A stretch of DNA of 48,884 nucleotides from Sandaracinaceae bacterium (GCA_044220955.1 JBGAQA010000047.1:1-48884); one strand, 5' to 3'; counted from the first letter of the stretch, positions 1 through 9,456 are shown. A program made the numbers and translations. The notes: generated by a model from the sequence alone, not told the origin.

Positions 1-1029
1 GTCACGGACGCCGCGCAGCGGCACCCACGGCGAGGGGCTCCGCTCGGTCGCGCACCGCACCTCGCCACTGCCGAGGCGCGCGCAGGCGTGAAAGGCTGCC
101 GGCGCGAACTCGACGACGTCCGAGAGACCCGCCACGGGCTCGGGGGCGGCGGCGTGGTGACGATCGGTCCCGTCACCCTCGCCCGGGAACACGTCGCCCC
201 AGCACGCAACCCCGCCGTCGCGCAGGACGGCGCACGCCTGGGCCTCGCCGACCGAGACGCTGGTAGCCGCGCCCAGCGTGGACAGCTCCGCGGGCTCGAC
301 CATCGGCCCGGCCGCGCGGCCGAGCCCGGTCGAGGGCGCCATGCCCCAGCACCACACTCGCTCGCCGGCGAGCGCGCAGGCGACATCCCAGCGTGCCGAG
401 ACCCGCGACACGCCGCTCAGCCCGACGACCTCGACCCAGCGTCCCGCTCCGGACGGCTCCGCGACCGGGTTGGGGACGCGAGAGCCCGTGAAACACCGGA
501 CGGTGCGGAGGCTGGTCACCACGCACCCCGCGGCGCCCGCCGACCAGGCGCTTCCCCCGTCCGGCATGGGCTCGTCGTGAACGATGGCCCGAGCCTCCAC
601 CGTGAGGGCCGAGTCTTCGCCGCCCGTCGCGGTGAGGTCGTAGCTCCACCTCGCCACGCCTCCTGACGCTCGCACGAGCCAGCCGACCGCGACGGACACC
701 GCGCCCTCGGCGACGCGGGTCGGACCCGGCGGCGAGAGACGCGCGCCGAGCGACGCCTCGATCCGCGCCCTGTCCGCGGTGCTCGGCATCACGCCCCAGC
801 ACCACACGGCACCGCTGGCGCGACGGGCGCACGTCTCTCCGCCGTGGCGGGCGAGCTCGATGATCCGGTCGTCGACGATCGCCGCCTCGACCGACGCGCC
901 CGTCGGGGCCCCCTCGGCAGCCGGCGAGGAGACCGCGCTCGGTCGGGGCTCCTCCACGAGAGGGCCACTCCGCGCCGGACCGCCGCACGCCGCGAGCAGA
1001 ACGAGGGCCGCTTGGATGGTGCGCCGCAT
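1..1029 (-). CDS. RCC1/BLIP-II-like repeat lipoprotein, 3' end outside window
   Basis: Absent from the ORF track because it has no stop in the window. Manual translation from ATG 1029: MRRTIQAALVLLAAC (lipobox), then repeats TCARRASGAVWCWG and HACARLGSGEVRC; runs off position 1. Confidence 0.8.
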   Translation of the reverse strand, partial: MRRTIQAALVLLAACGGPARSGPLVEEPRPSAVSSPAAEGAPTGASVEAAIVDDRIIELARHGGETCARRASGAVWCWGVMPSTADRARIEASLGARLSPPGPTRVAEGAVSVAVGWLVRASGGVARWSYDLTATGGEDSALTVEARAIVHDEPMPDGGSAWSAGAAGCVVTSLRTVRCFTGSRVPNPVAEPSGAGRWVEVVGLSGVSRVSARWDVACALAGERVWCWGMAPSTGLGRAAGPMVEPAELSTLGAATSVSVGEAQACAVLRDGGVACWGDVFPGEGDGTDRHHAAAPEPVAGLSDVVEFAPAAFHACARLGSGEVRCATERSPSPWVPLRGVRD

Positions 1030-1087
1030 GTCCGTAGCCTCGCACGCCATCCCGGCAGGGGTCGGCGCGAGCAGCACCCCCGCGCGA

Positions 1088-4000
1088 TCAGGGCACGTAG
1101 CGCTCCAGACCCGTGGCGCCCGCGACGACCTCGGTGGGCGTGAGGCGCATCGGCACCGTGTCGTTGGCGAGCCAGAGCCGCGCCTGGTCGGCGAAGTGTG
1201 CGTCGCCGGGCATGCCGCTCTGTCCGCCCGGCAGGATCGTCTCGCCGCGCACGCCGTCCGCACCGAGCGCGACCACCATGCGGAACACCGGCCCCGAGCC
1301 GCAGCTCCAGTCGTTCATGTCGAAGCCGGGGTTGCACGCGTCGACCTCGAGGTGATCGCCGGGTCGTGGGAAGTGCGGCAGGCCATAGCGCGGATCGGTC
1401 ATCGTGATCATCGGCGCGAGCGCGAAGGTGTCCGGCGTGATGCGGAACATGTCGAGCAGGAGCGCGAGCATCGGATCGCCGCCCCCGCCGAGCTGCGAGC
1501 CCACGAGCGAGTCGAAGCGCACCATGTGGCGAAGGCCCCAGCGCCAGTCGTCCATGTTCGTCGAGCCGAAGCCGCCGTAGCCCGGCGCGCTCGGCGCCGC
1601 GCGCAGCGCCGTGAGCGCGGCGTCGACCGCGCGGAGCGCGATCTCCTGGCTCGACTCGATCTCGGTCGTCGTCACGTCGTCGAAGAACACGCTCTCGTTC
1701 GTCGCGGGATCGAAGCTGCCGAGGTGGTTCGGGTTCGTCGGCCCGCGCCCCGTGAGGATCAGGCGCAGGGTGCGCGTGGTGAACGTGTCGCCGGTCGGTC
1801 CGGTCGAGACGCCGCCGGGGATGTGCTCGTCGTCGAGCACGCCGTGAACGAACGAGGTGAGCCACGCGTGGAACAGGGTGGTCGCCACGCTGTTCTCGGC
1901 GTCTCCCGCGGCGATCGGCGCGTAGAACGTGTCCACGCCCGAGGGCGTCGGCAGGCCCGCCGTCTGCCAGGCCATCACGCGGCGCTCGACCTCCTCGTAG
2001 TCGGCCTGGTGCGCGGTCCACGCCGCCGCGAGGCGCGCCTCGGGCGTGCCCGCGACGGGCGTGCCTGCCGCGGCGGTGCGCGCGGACGCGATCGCCTCGA
2101 GCAGGTAGCGCAGGAAGTCCTCCGCGAGGTTCGAGTGGTGATCGCCCTGGAGGTCCTGCATCTCCTCGAACGTCGCGGTCCCGCCCGCGATGGCGCTCGC
2201 GAGCCGCTGCTCGATGCGCGAGGCGCGGTAGCCCTCGATCCAGGGACCGCCGATGTAGTACGGGTCGTCGAAGAGATCGTCGTCGCTCGTGATGTTGCCC
2301 GGGTCGTTGTTGGCGTGGTGCACGTACTGGCGCATCGGATCGAGGGCCTGCGGCCACTGATCGAAGGGCACGGCGCACGCCTGGGGACCGCCGGACGCCG
2401 CCGCCGCCTCGTCGACTCGGCCCTGCGCGTCGAGCGGGATGTGCCACGCGCCGAAGCGGGTGCCGTCGAGCAGCTGCCGCGGGTCGGCGCCCGCGACCCA
2501 CACGTTGGCCGCGTCGCGCGTGAGGTAGCCGCGGCAGGGAACGGCGTGATAGGCCGAGTGGAACACGGACCCGGTCGCGTCCGCCGCCGTCATGGCGCCG
2601 CCGTAGCCGATGAAGTACCGGGTCGCCTCGCGGTAGTCCTCCACGGTGCTCGCCTGCGCGAAGAGGTTGAACGCGCGCAGCAGCGTTCCTCCGTCGAAGG
2701 GGCCGTAGAAGAAGCTGACGGCGCTGATCACGCCGTCTCCGTCGGTGTCGCCCGGCACGATCAGATCACCCATCACGTTCAGGCGCGCCTCGCCGGGCGC
2801 GAGCACCTCCGTCGGCGTGGTCGCGCGGCCCTCGACGGAGCTCAGCCAGCGTCCGTCGAACGTCGTGAAGCGCGGGATCACCTCGGTGCGGCCGACGCTG
2901 CCGAGCGCGTCGATGTTCGCGACGACGAAGCTCTCGTCGACGCGCGTCAGCGGGTGCATGGAGCCCTGGTAGAGCGACGCCGCGGGCAGGCCGTCGGCGC
3001 CGAGCGTGATCTGCTCCGTGTACCAGTCGGTCACGTCTGCGAAGAACGCCGTCTGCGACCACGCGACGCGGCCGTTGGTGCCGACGCCGATGGCGGGCAG
3101 GCCGGGGATGGTCGCGCCGACGATCCGCGTCGTCTCGCCCGCGCCGCCGATGAGCACCGTGTCGAGCCCGAGCTGCCAGAAGTACGAGGGGACGCTGAGC
3201 TCGAGGTGGCCGTCGCCCGCGAGGAGCGCGCGGCCGTCGGGCGTCGCGCTGCCCATCACGGCCCAGGCGTTGGACCCGTAGCCCTCGCTCGGATCGCGGC
3301 GGCTGCGCGCGGTGATGTGGTCGAGGTGCGCCCCGAGGCGGTCGAGCATGGAGCGCTCGGGGAGCGCGAGGTTCGCGTAGAAGGGGCGCCGCGGCGAGGG
3401 CGCGACGAGCGGCATCGGCGCCGAGCCGGCCGTGTCGAGGCCCCAGCCCATCGCCGAGCTCGAGAGGCGTGGCTGTGCATAGCGGCCCGCGATGTCCTCG
3501 TGGACGCCGGCGATGCGCAGGTCGTGGTTCGGATAGCCGGCGAAGAGCGCGTCGATCCCCGCGAGCTCGCGCGTGTGCCCGACGTCGCCGCCCTCGAAGC
3601 TCGTGCCGTAGAGCGCGCTCGCGCCGGTCGCCGCCACGTCGCGACGCGTCCAGTGCGTCATCAGATCCGCGGCCGTGACGCCGAGCAGCGGCGCGGCGAG
3701 CAAGATCTCGCGAGGCGTCGGCAGGCGCCGCGCGAGCACCGCGTCGACGTAGGTGTTGATGCCCTCGGCGAACGCATCGAACTCCGCGGCCTCCTGCGAA
3801 GAGAGGCCGGCGGTGTAGAGGTCGGCCATGTGCGACGCCCCGGTCATGCGGTTCTCGAGGTCGGTGCCGAGCGCCTGCTCGCCGAGCAGCTCGGAGATCC
3901 GTCCCTCGGAGAGCCGGCGCACGAGGTCCATGTGGAACCAGCGGTCGCGCGCCATGACGAAGCCGAGCACGCGCAGCGCGTCGAGCCGGTCGCGCGCGTA

Positions 4001-4249
4001 GACGTGCGGCACGTTCATCTCCGTGCGCACCACGAACGCGTCCGCGCCGAGGCCGGGGAGCACCCAGCGCTCGCGCTGCGGAACGCCGTCGAGCGGCGCG
4101 GGCGCGGGCGGATCGGCGAAGGCCGCGTCGGGCGGGCCCGCGTCGACGCTCGCGTCCACGTCGGCGTCGGACGGCGCGGGCGTGGTGCTGCACGAGCATC
4201 CGGCGAGCAGGAGGGCGAAGAGAGCGGTGCGGAGCGACGTCGGGCCCAT
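1088..4249 (-). CDS. Penicillin acylase family (peptidase S45, Ntn-hydrolase) lipoprotein
   Basis: MGPTSLRTALFALLLAGC lipobox; VPHVYA; GFVMARDRWFHMD; beta-subunit start G/SNAWAV...LLAGDGHL; HANND; C-terminal PGGQSG...HFADQ. Start moved to ATG 4249. Confidence 0.93.
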   Translation of the reverse strand: MGPTSLRTALFALLLAGCSCSTTPAPSDADVDASVDAGPPDAAFADPPAPAPLDGVPQRERWVLPGLGADAFVVRTEMNVPHVYARDRLDALRVLGFVMARDRWFHMDLVRRLSEGRISELLGEQALGTDLENRMTGASHMADLYTAGLSSQEAAEFDAFAEGINTYVDAVLARRLPTPREILLAAPLLGVTAADLMTHWTRRDVAATGASALYGTSFEGGDVGHTRELAGIDALFAGYPNHDLRIAGVHEDIAGRYAQPRLSSSAMGWGLDTAGSAPMPLVAPSPRRPFYANLALPERSMLDRLGAHLDHITARSRRDPSEGYGSNAWAVMGSATPDGRALLAGDGHLELSVPSYFWQLGLDTVLIGGAGETTRIVGATIPGLPAIGVGTNGRVAWSQTAFFADVTDWYTEQITLGADGLPAASLYQGSMHPLTRVDESFVVANIDALGSVGRTEVIPRFTTFDGRWLSSVEGRATTPTEVLAPGEARLNVMGDLIVPGDTDGDGVISAVSFFYGPFDGGTLLRAFNLFAQASTVEDYREATRYFIGYGGAMTAADATGSVFHSAYHAVPCRGYLTRDAANVWVAGADPRQLLDGTRFGAWHIPLDAQGRVDEAAAASGGPQACAVPFDQWPQALDPMRQYVHHANNDPGNITSDDDLFDDPYYIGGPWIEGYRASRIEQRLASAIAGGTATFEEMQDLQGDHHSNLAEDFLRYLLEAIASARTAAAGTPVAGTPEARLAAAWTAHQADYEEVERRVMAWQTAGLPTPSGVDTFYAPIAAGDAENSVATTLFHAWLTSFVHGVLDDEHIPGGVSTGPTGDTFTTRTLRLILTGRGPTNPNHLGSFDPATNESVFFDDVTTTEIESSQEIALRAVDAALTALRAAPSAPGYGGFGSTNMDDWRWGLRHMVRFDSLVGSQLGGGGDPMLALLLDMFRITPDTFALAPMITMTDPRYGLPHFPRPGDHLEVDACNPGFDMNDWSCGSGPVFRMVVALGADGVRGETILPGGQSGMPGDAHFADQARLWLANDTVPMRLTPTEVVAGATGLERYVP

Positions 4250-4298
4250 CGGGCGAGCGTATCGCAACGGCGGCTCGCGCACGTGTAGCCTCTCGCCG

Positions 4299-5204
4299 AT
4301 GGCGCCGGACGAGCACGAGGCCCGGACGTTCCGGACGCGCGGGCGGGCCGAGCACCGGGCCACGGGCCCCACGCGATCCCTCGGCGCGGGCATTCGCGCG
4401 ACGCCCGTCGAAGGCCACGCCCTGCTCGTCGAGCTGCCGGACGGCCTCTGGACGGAGGCCCTGGCGGCGCAGGAGGAGCGCGCGCGGAACGCGACGCACG
4501 TGATCGCGGCGAGCGAGACCGGCTGGCTCGTCGAGCACGGGCGAGAGGGCACGGCCTACCGCGGGCACCTACACGGCGACGCCGCGCGCCCCTACGCTCT
4601 GTTTCCCGTCCTGCGCGGCGCGACGCTCGCGCCGGCGCTCGCCCGGGCCCGCGCGGGCGAGCCCTTCCCACCGGCGTACGTCGGCGCCCTCGCCCTCGCG
4701 TGCGTGCGCGGCCTCGCGGAGGCGGGCGGGCGTGACCTCTCGCCGAGCGCCATCGTCGTCACCGAGGACGCCGGCGTGCGCATCCGCGGGCCCTTGCTCG
4801 ACGCGCTGGTCGCCGCGATCGGCGCGAGCGAGGCGCCGCGATGGATGGCGTACGTCGCCCCCGAGCGGATGCGGCGGGGCGCGGACGGCGCGGCGGCGGC
4901 GCGATTCGCGCTCGGCGCGATGCTCCTCGAGCTCTCGGCCGGTCGGCCGCTCTTCGCGTCGAGCGGCGCCGCCGCCCAGCAGATCGCCACCTACGGGCTG
5001 ACGATGGACGAGATCGCCGCGCTGCCCGCGGACGTCCCGCGCGAGCTCAAGAGCGCGATATGGACCTTGCTCCAGCGCGACCCGCACCGGCGCGCCACAC
5101 CGGAGAAGCTCGCGCGGCTCCTCGCGCCCCTCGACGCGCCCTCGCTCGCGCTGGCCGACGTGTTCGCGCCCGTGCGGACCGACGCGCCCTATCTCCGTCC
5201 GTGA
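4299..5204 (+). CDS. Degenerate Ser/Thr kinase-fold protein (probable pseudokinase)
   Basis: C-lobe motifs RDLSPSAIVV, AYVAPE, FALGAMLLELSAGRPLF, LQRDPHRRAT; no intact HRD..N, DFG or Gly-loop. Confidence 0.7.
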   Translation: MAPDEHEARTFRTRGRAEHRATGPTRSLGAGIRATPVEGHALLVELPDGLWTEALAAQEERARNATHVIAASETGWLVEHGREGTAYRGHLHGDAARPYALFPVLRGATLAPALARARAGEPFPPAYVGALALACVRGLAEAGGRDLSPSAIVVTEDAGVRIRGPLLDALVAAIGASEAPRWMAYVAPERMRRGADGAAAARFALGAMLLELSAGRPLFASSGAAAQQIATYGLTMDEIAALPADVPRELKSAIWTLLQRDPHRRATPEKLARLLAPLDAPSLALADVFAPVRTDAPYLRP

Positions 5205-5226
5205 GCCACGGCGCCTCCGAGCCGGC

Positions 5227-6147
5227 TCAGCGCCCGGTGCCGAAGCGCTGCTCGAGCGCGTGGTCGAGCGCCTCGAGCGACGTGAGGACGCGAACCGGCG
5301 GCGGCAGCTGCGCGAAGGGATGGCCCTGGGGCACCCCCACCCAGAGCTCGTGCTCGCGTGCGAGGGCCTTCAGCTCGCTTCCGAGGGCCTTCTCTTGCGC
5401 TCCCGGCTCGCGCAGCACCGCGAGCAGAACGAGGCTCGCCTTCGCGCGCCGGGCACCGTCGGCGATCTCCGAGACCGGCAGGTCCGCCCCGAGCTGGACC
5501 GACTCCACGCCGCGCTGGAGCGCGAGGAGCGATGCGAGCACGAGCCCGAGATCGTGGCGCTGCCCGCTCGGCGTCGCGAGCAGCGCGCGGGGCGCGCCGC
5601 GGGGCAGCTCGTGGACGTGTCGCAGGCTCTCCGCGAGGCGTCGGACCTGACCGCTCGCGAGGTGCTCGGTGGCGATGCCGAGCGTGCCGGCGTGCCACCG
5701 CTCGCCGACCTCGGCCAGGATGGGCAAGAGGATCTCGAGCGCGAGCGCGCGCGGCGGGACGAGCGCCGCGGCCTGCGCGAGAACGGCGTCGGAGCCCCGC
5801 GCATCGAAGCGCTCGAGCGCCTCGAAGTAGCGCTCACGAATGGCGGCCCGCGGGTCGTCCGCCGGACCGGCCGACGATGCCCCATGCGCGGCGAGCCGCG
5901 CGAGCTCCGCGTCGGGCAGCCGCACGATGTCGCCGATCGCGTGCCCGCGGCCGACGGCCTCGTGGAGCAGGGTGAGGCGGCGCACGTCGGCCTCCGAGTA
6001 GCGGCGGGCGTTGCCATCGGTGCGCCGCGGGACGACCGCCTCGTGGCGCCGCTCCCACGCACGCAGCGTGTCGGGCGCGATGCCGGTGAGACGCACGACC
6101 GTGCGCATCGGGTAGAGCGCGGTCGGCTGGGATCGGCCTTTCGGCAT
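5227..6147 (-). CDS. MerR-family regulator with cobalamin-binding domain (CarH/CarA/LitR-like)
   Basis: N-terminal TGIAPDTLRAWERRH...GNARRYSEADVRRL; W-x9-EH (WHAGTLGIATEH); Q-x-H-x-x-G (SGQRHDLG); LGADLP. Confidence 0.9.
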   Translation of the reverse strand: MPKGRSQPTALYPMRTVVRLTGIAPDTLRAWERRHEAVVPRRTDGNARRYSEADVRRLTLLHEAVGRGHAIGDIVRLPDAELARLAAHGASSAGPADDPRAAIRERYFEALERFDARGSDAVLAQAAALVPPRALALEILLPILAEVGERWHAGTLGIATEHLASGQVRRLAESLRHVHELPRGAPRALLATPSGQRHDLGLVLASLLALQRGVESVQLGADLPVSEIADGARRAKASLVLLAVLREPGAQEKALGSELKALAREHELWVGVPQGHPFAQLPPPVRVLTSLEALDHALEQRFGTGR

Positions 6148-6242
6148 GGAACGGGGCGGCGCCAAGGGGACCTCGCGACGAGCGGCCGAGCTTCGCCCGG
6201 AGACCGCGGCGAGCGCCACCGGGTTCGACCCCGCGGCGCCCA

Positions 6243-6274
6243 TGTTCATTGTTTGTCTAGATATTACCTTGACA
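6243..6274. promoter_or_regulatory. Putative CarH-type operator overlapping divergent promoters
   Basis: AT-rich island TGTTCATTGTTTGTCTAGATATTACCTTGACA. Minus strand TAGACA-n5-TGAACA; plus strand TAGATA-n5-TTGACA (11-bp period). TTGACA at 6269-6274 is a consensus -35. Confidence 0.7.
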
Positions 6275-6341
6275 CATCCAAGCGGCGGCGCCACAAGCAC
6301 GGAACGCCGGGACGTGCCCGGCACCACGAAAGGAACTTGAG

Positions 6342-7718
6342 ATGCCGACCCTCCGCTCGACTCGTCCGGTCTTCCTCGCCGCGTGCGCGCTCCTCGCGCT
6401 CGGCTGCTCCACGACACCTGCCGCGTCCGACGCCGGCTCCGGAGCCGACGCCGCACCGACGCCGGACGCGGGCGGCCCGCAGACGATCGCGGCCATCGCG
6501 ACGAGCAGCCCCGACTTCTCGCTGCTGGTGGCCGCCGCGACGCGCGCGGGGCTGGTGAGCACGCTCGCGGACGAGGGCGCGACGCTGACGGTCTTCGCCC
6601 CGACCGACGCGGCGTTCGCTGCGTCGGGCATCACCCGCGCGGACATCGACGCGATGCCGGTCGCCGAGCTGACCCAGCTGCTCGCCTATCACGCCCTGCC
6701 GAGCGAGGTCCCGGCGGCGGCGGTCACGGCCGGCCCCGCGACGACGGTCGCCGACCTCTCGATCATCCTCGGCACGACCGGCGGTGTGACGGTCAACGGC
6801 GGCAACGCCGTCACCGGCGGCGCCAACGTCGTCGCGGCCGACGTCCAGGCGAGCAACGGCGTGATCCACGTGATCGACCGCGTGCTGCTGCCGCCGACCA
6901 TCCCCCAGCTCGCCACCTACGCCGGCCTCACCTCGCTCGCCGGCGCGGTGACCAGCGCAGGCCTCGCCCCTGCGCTCTCCGGGGAGGGCCCCTTCACGGT
7001 GTTCGCGCCGACGAACGCGGCCTTCGCGGCGCTCGGTACGCTCCCGACCGGCGACGCGCTCTCGCTCGTGCTCCGCTACCACGTCGTCTCCGGCGCGGTC
7101 GCGAGCGGCAGCGTCCCCGCGATGGCGCCCTCGATCGCGCCGAACGCCTACGGCGACCCGCTGACGCTCCTCTTCGACACCACGAGCGGCGTCCGCGTGA
7201 ACGGCGCAGCCTCGGTGGTCGTCGCCGACGTCCGCGCGACCAACGGCATCGTCCACGTCGTCGACGCGGTGATCCTGCCGCTCGACGTCCCGCACGCCGC
7301 GACGGCCGCGGGCCTCACGAGCCTCGTGACGACCATCGGTGCCGCCGCTCCCCTCGCCGACGGCACCACGGTGGCCGCGGCGCTCTCGGCCGAAGCGCCG
7401 TACACGGTGTTCGCCCCGACCAACGCCGCCTTCGAGGCGATCGCCTCGACCGCCGCGACGCTCTCGCCCGCGCAGATCCGCGACGTGCTGCTGCACCACG
7501 TGCTCAGCCCCGCCGCGTTCTCGACGCCGGTGACGGCGGCGCGCCTGCCCAGCGCGGCGGCGGACCTCGCGACGCTGAACGCGGCCAACCCGGTCCGGCT
7601 CGACCCGACGACGACCCCGCCGACGATCGGCGCGGCGCGAATCGTCGTGACCGACGTGGTCGTCACCAACGGCGTCGTGCACGTGATCGACGCGGTGCTC
7701 GTGCCGGCGACCCTCTGA
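6342..7718 (+). CDS. Fasciclin (FAS1 x3) lipoprotein
   Basis: LLALGC lipobox; three TVFAPT(D/N)AAF ... (S/T)NG(V/I)(I/V)HV(I/V)D units. Confidence 0.93.
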   Translation: MPTLRSTRPVFLAACALLALGCSTTPAASDAGSGADAAPTPDAGGPQTIAAIATSSPDFSLLVAAATRAGLVSTLADEGATLTVFAPTDAAFAASGITRADIDAMPVAELTQLLAYHALPSEVPAAAVTAGPATTVADLSIILGTTGGVTVNGGNAVTGGANVVAADVQASNGVIHVIDRVLLPPTIPQLATYAGLTSLAGAVTSAGLAPALSGEGPFTVFAPTNAAFAALGTLPTGDALSLVLRYHVVSGAVASGSVPAMAPSIAPNAYGDPLTLLFDTTSGVRVNGAASVVVADVRATNGIVHVVDAVILPLDVPHAATAAGLTSLVTTIGAAAPLADGTTVAAALSAEAPYTVFAPTNAAFEAIASTAATLSPAQIRDVLLHHVLSPAAFSTPVTAARLPSAAADLATLNAANPVRLDPTTTPPTIGAARIVVTDVVVTNGVVHVIDAVLVPATL

Positions 7719-7731
7719 GACGGAGACGACG

Positions 7732-8586
7732 ATGAAGCACTCGACGCTCGCGACGCTCCTCCTTCTCGCCTCGCTCCCCGCGACGGCGCTCGCCCAGTCC
7801 ACGGACGAGGCGACGACGACGACACGCGAGCCCGAGTTCGGGGCGCGCGCGAGCGTCGACCTCGGCTTCCTCTCCGTGCTGGGCAACGAGATCACGCTCG
7901 GCCGCGACGGAACGCGCATCGACTACCCGAGCGATCTCGCCCAGTCGAACCTGTACCTCTATCTCCGCGTCCAGGCGGACTTCGACATCTGGCGCCAGCA
8001 CCTGATCACGCTCGTCTACCAGCCGATCGACATCGAGTCGCAAGCCGTGCTGGGGCGGACGCTCCGGATCGACGGCCTCGACTTCGCCGCGGGCACGCCC
8101 GTACGCGCCCGGTACGGCTTCCCCTTCTACCGGCTGGGCTGGGCGTTCGACGTCCTGTCGGATCCGCGCGAGGAGCTCGCGTTCGGGCTGGGCGTGCAGA
8201 TCCGCAACGCGACGATCCAGTTCCGGAGCGTCGACGGCACGCAGTATCGATCGCGCGAGGACGTCGGTCCGGTGCCGCTGCTCCGTGCGCGTGGGCGCTT
8301 CCCGATCGCGAGCGACTGGTTCTTCGCGTTCGACGTCGACGGCTTCTACGCGTTCATCCCCGGCCTCAACGGGAGCGACAACAACGTCGAGGGCGCGATC
8401 GTCGACGCCAGCCTCCGACTCGGCTGGCGCGTCGTCCCTCACGTCGACGCCTACCTCAGCGCCCGGTACATCGGAGGAGGCGCAGGGGGCGCGGGCGACC
8501 CGGGACCGACGAACGACGGCTTCCAGCGGAACTGGCTGCACTTCTTCGCGCTCTCGCTCGGCGTGACGCTGGACAGCCGGCCCTGA
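7732..8586 (+). CDS. Secreted protein, probable outer-membrane beta-barrel
   Basis: Signal peptide ending ATALA; alternating aromatic/hydrophobic strands; C-terminal FFALSLGVTL; 13 nt after the fasciclin stop with GGAG RBS. Confidence 0.65.
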   Translation: MKHSTLATLLLLASLPATALAQSTDEATTTTREPEFGARASVDLGFLSVLGNEITLGRDGTRIDYPSDLAQSNLYLYLRVQADFDIWRQHLITLVYQPIDIESQAVLGRTLRIDGLDFAAGTPVRARYGFPFYRLGWAFDVLSDPREELAFGLGVQIRNATIQFRSVDGTQYRSREDVGPVPLLRARGRFPIASDWFFAFDVDGFYAFIPGLNGSDNNVEGAIVDASLRLGWRVVPHVDAYLSARYIGGGAGGAGDPGPTNDGFQRNWLHFFALSLGVTLDSRP

Positions 8587-8628
8587 CGTTCACCTTGATC
8601 CGGGGCCGGTCGCGCGTAGCTGCACCTC

Positions 8629-9411
8629 GTGGCGATCGACGGATTCCGGGCCGAGCAGCACGACGCGTTCGTGGCGTTCGACCCGGAGGTGGCGGAGCGC
8701 ACGTTTCGCCGCATCGATCGGGTCGGACGCGCGCTGAAGCTGGACATCCGCGGGCTCGAGAACGTCCCGCGCACGCGCGCGCTGCTCGTGGCGAACCACG
8801 CGTTCGGCTGGGACGTGGCGTTCCTCATGGCGGCGCACTGGCGCGCACGGCACGAGCCGCTCTGGGCGCTGGGCGAGCACCTCTGGTGGCGCGTCCCGTT
8901 CCTGCGCCGCATCGCAGCCGCGGTGGGCACGGTCGACGGTACGCAGGACAACGTCGATCGCCTCCTCGCCCGCGATCAGCAGGTCATCGTCCTGCCCGGA
9001 GGGCTCCGCGAGGCGGTGAAGCCGGCGACCTTGCGCTACCAGCTGCTCTGGGGGCGACGCTACGGCTTCGTGCGCGCGGCGATCCGGCACCAGGCGCCCA
9101 TCGTGCCGGTCGCGTCGGTCGGGACCGACGAGCTCTTCGACTTCGTGGGCGACGCCTACCGGCGTGGTCGCCGCTGGACCGGACGCGACCTCCCCATCCC
9201 GTTCCCGTCGCGCGTGCTCCCGATCCCGCACCTGGCCCACGTGACGTTCGTCGTCGGGGAGCCGATCGCGCCGCCCGCCGCGTCGTGCGCCGACGACGTG
9301 GCGGCGGTGAAGCGCTTCCGGCGCGAGGTGGCCGGCGGGCTGCACGAGCTCATCGAGAACGAGCTGGCGCGGCGCGCCGGGATCGACCTGGGCGGCGACC
9401 CGCCCGCGTGA
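8629..9411 (+). CDS. Lysophospholipid/glycerolipid acyltransferase (PlsC/DAGAT-like)
   Basis: VANHAFGWD (HxxxxD), LPGGLREA, GFVRAAIRHQAPIVPV, VGEPI. Confidence 0.85.
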   Translation: MAIDGFRAEQHDAFVAFDPEVAERTFRRIDRVGRALKLDIRGLENVPRTRALLVANHAFGWDVAFLMAAHWRARHEPLWALGEHLWWRVPFLRRIAAAVGTVDGTQDNVDRLLARDQQVIVLPGGLREAVKPATLRYQLLWGRRYGFVRAAIRHQAPIVPVASVGTDELFDFVGDAYRRGRRWTGRDLPIPFPSRVLPIPHLAHVTFVVGEPIAPPAASCADDVAAVKRFRREVAGGLHELIENELARRAGIDLGGDPPA

Positions 9412-9456
9412 GGCGCCACGTTGCGCGGGTCGGGCCGGTGCCTAGCTCCAGCCATC

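Noticed and set aside
779..4288. 1169-aa plus-strand ORF and similar long ORFs (e.g. 28087-31086, 35578-38130, 42626-45814)
   Set aside because: Arg/Ala-rich antisense or shifted shadows of well-supported genes; stop codons are scarce at this GC content.
6165..6243. GGGTTCGACCCC resembling a tRNA T-arm
   Set aside because: No 5-bp T stem with a 7-nt loop, and no acceptor, D or anticodon arms could be built.
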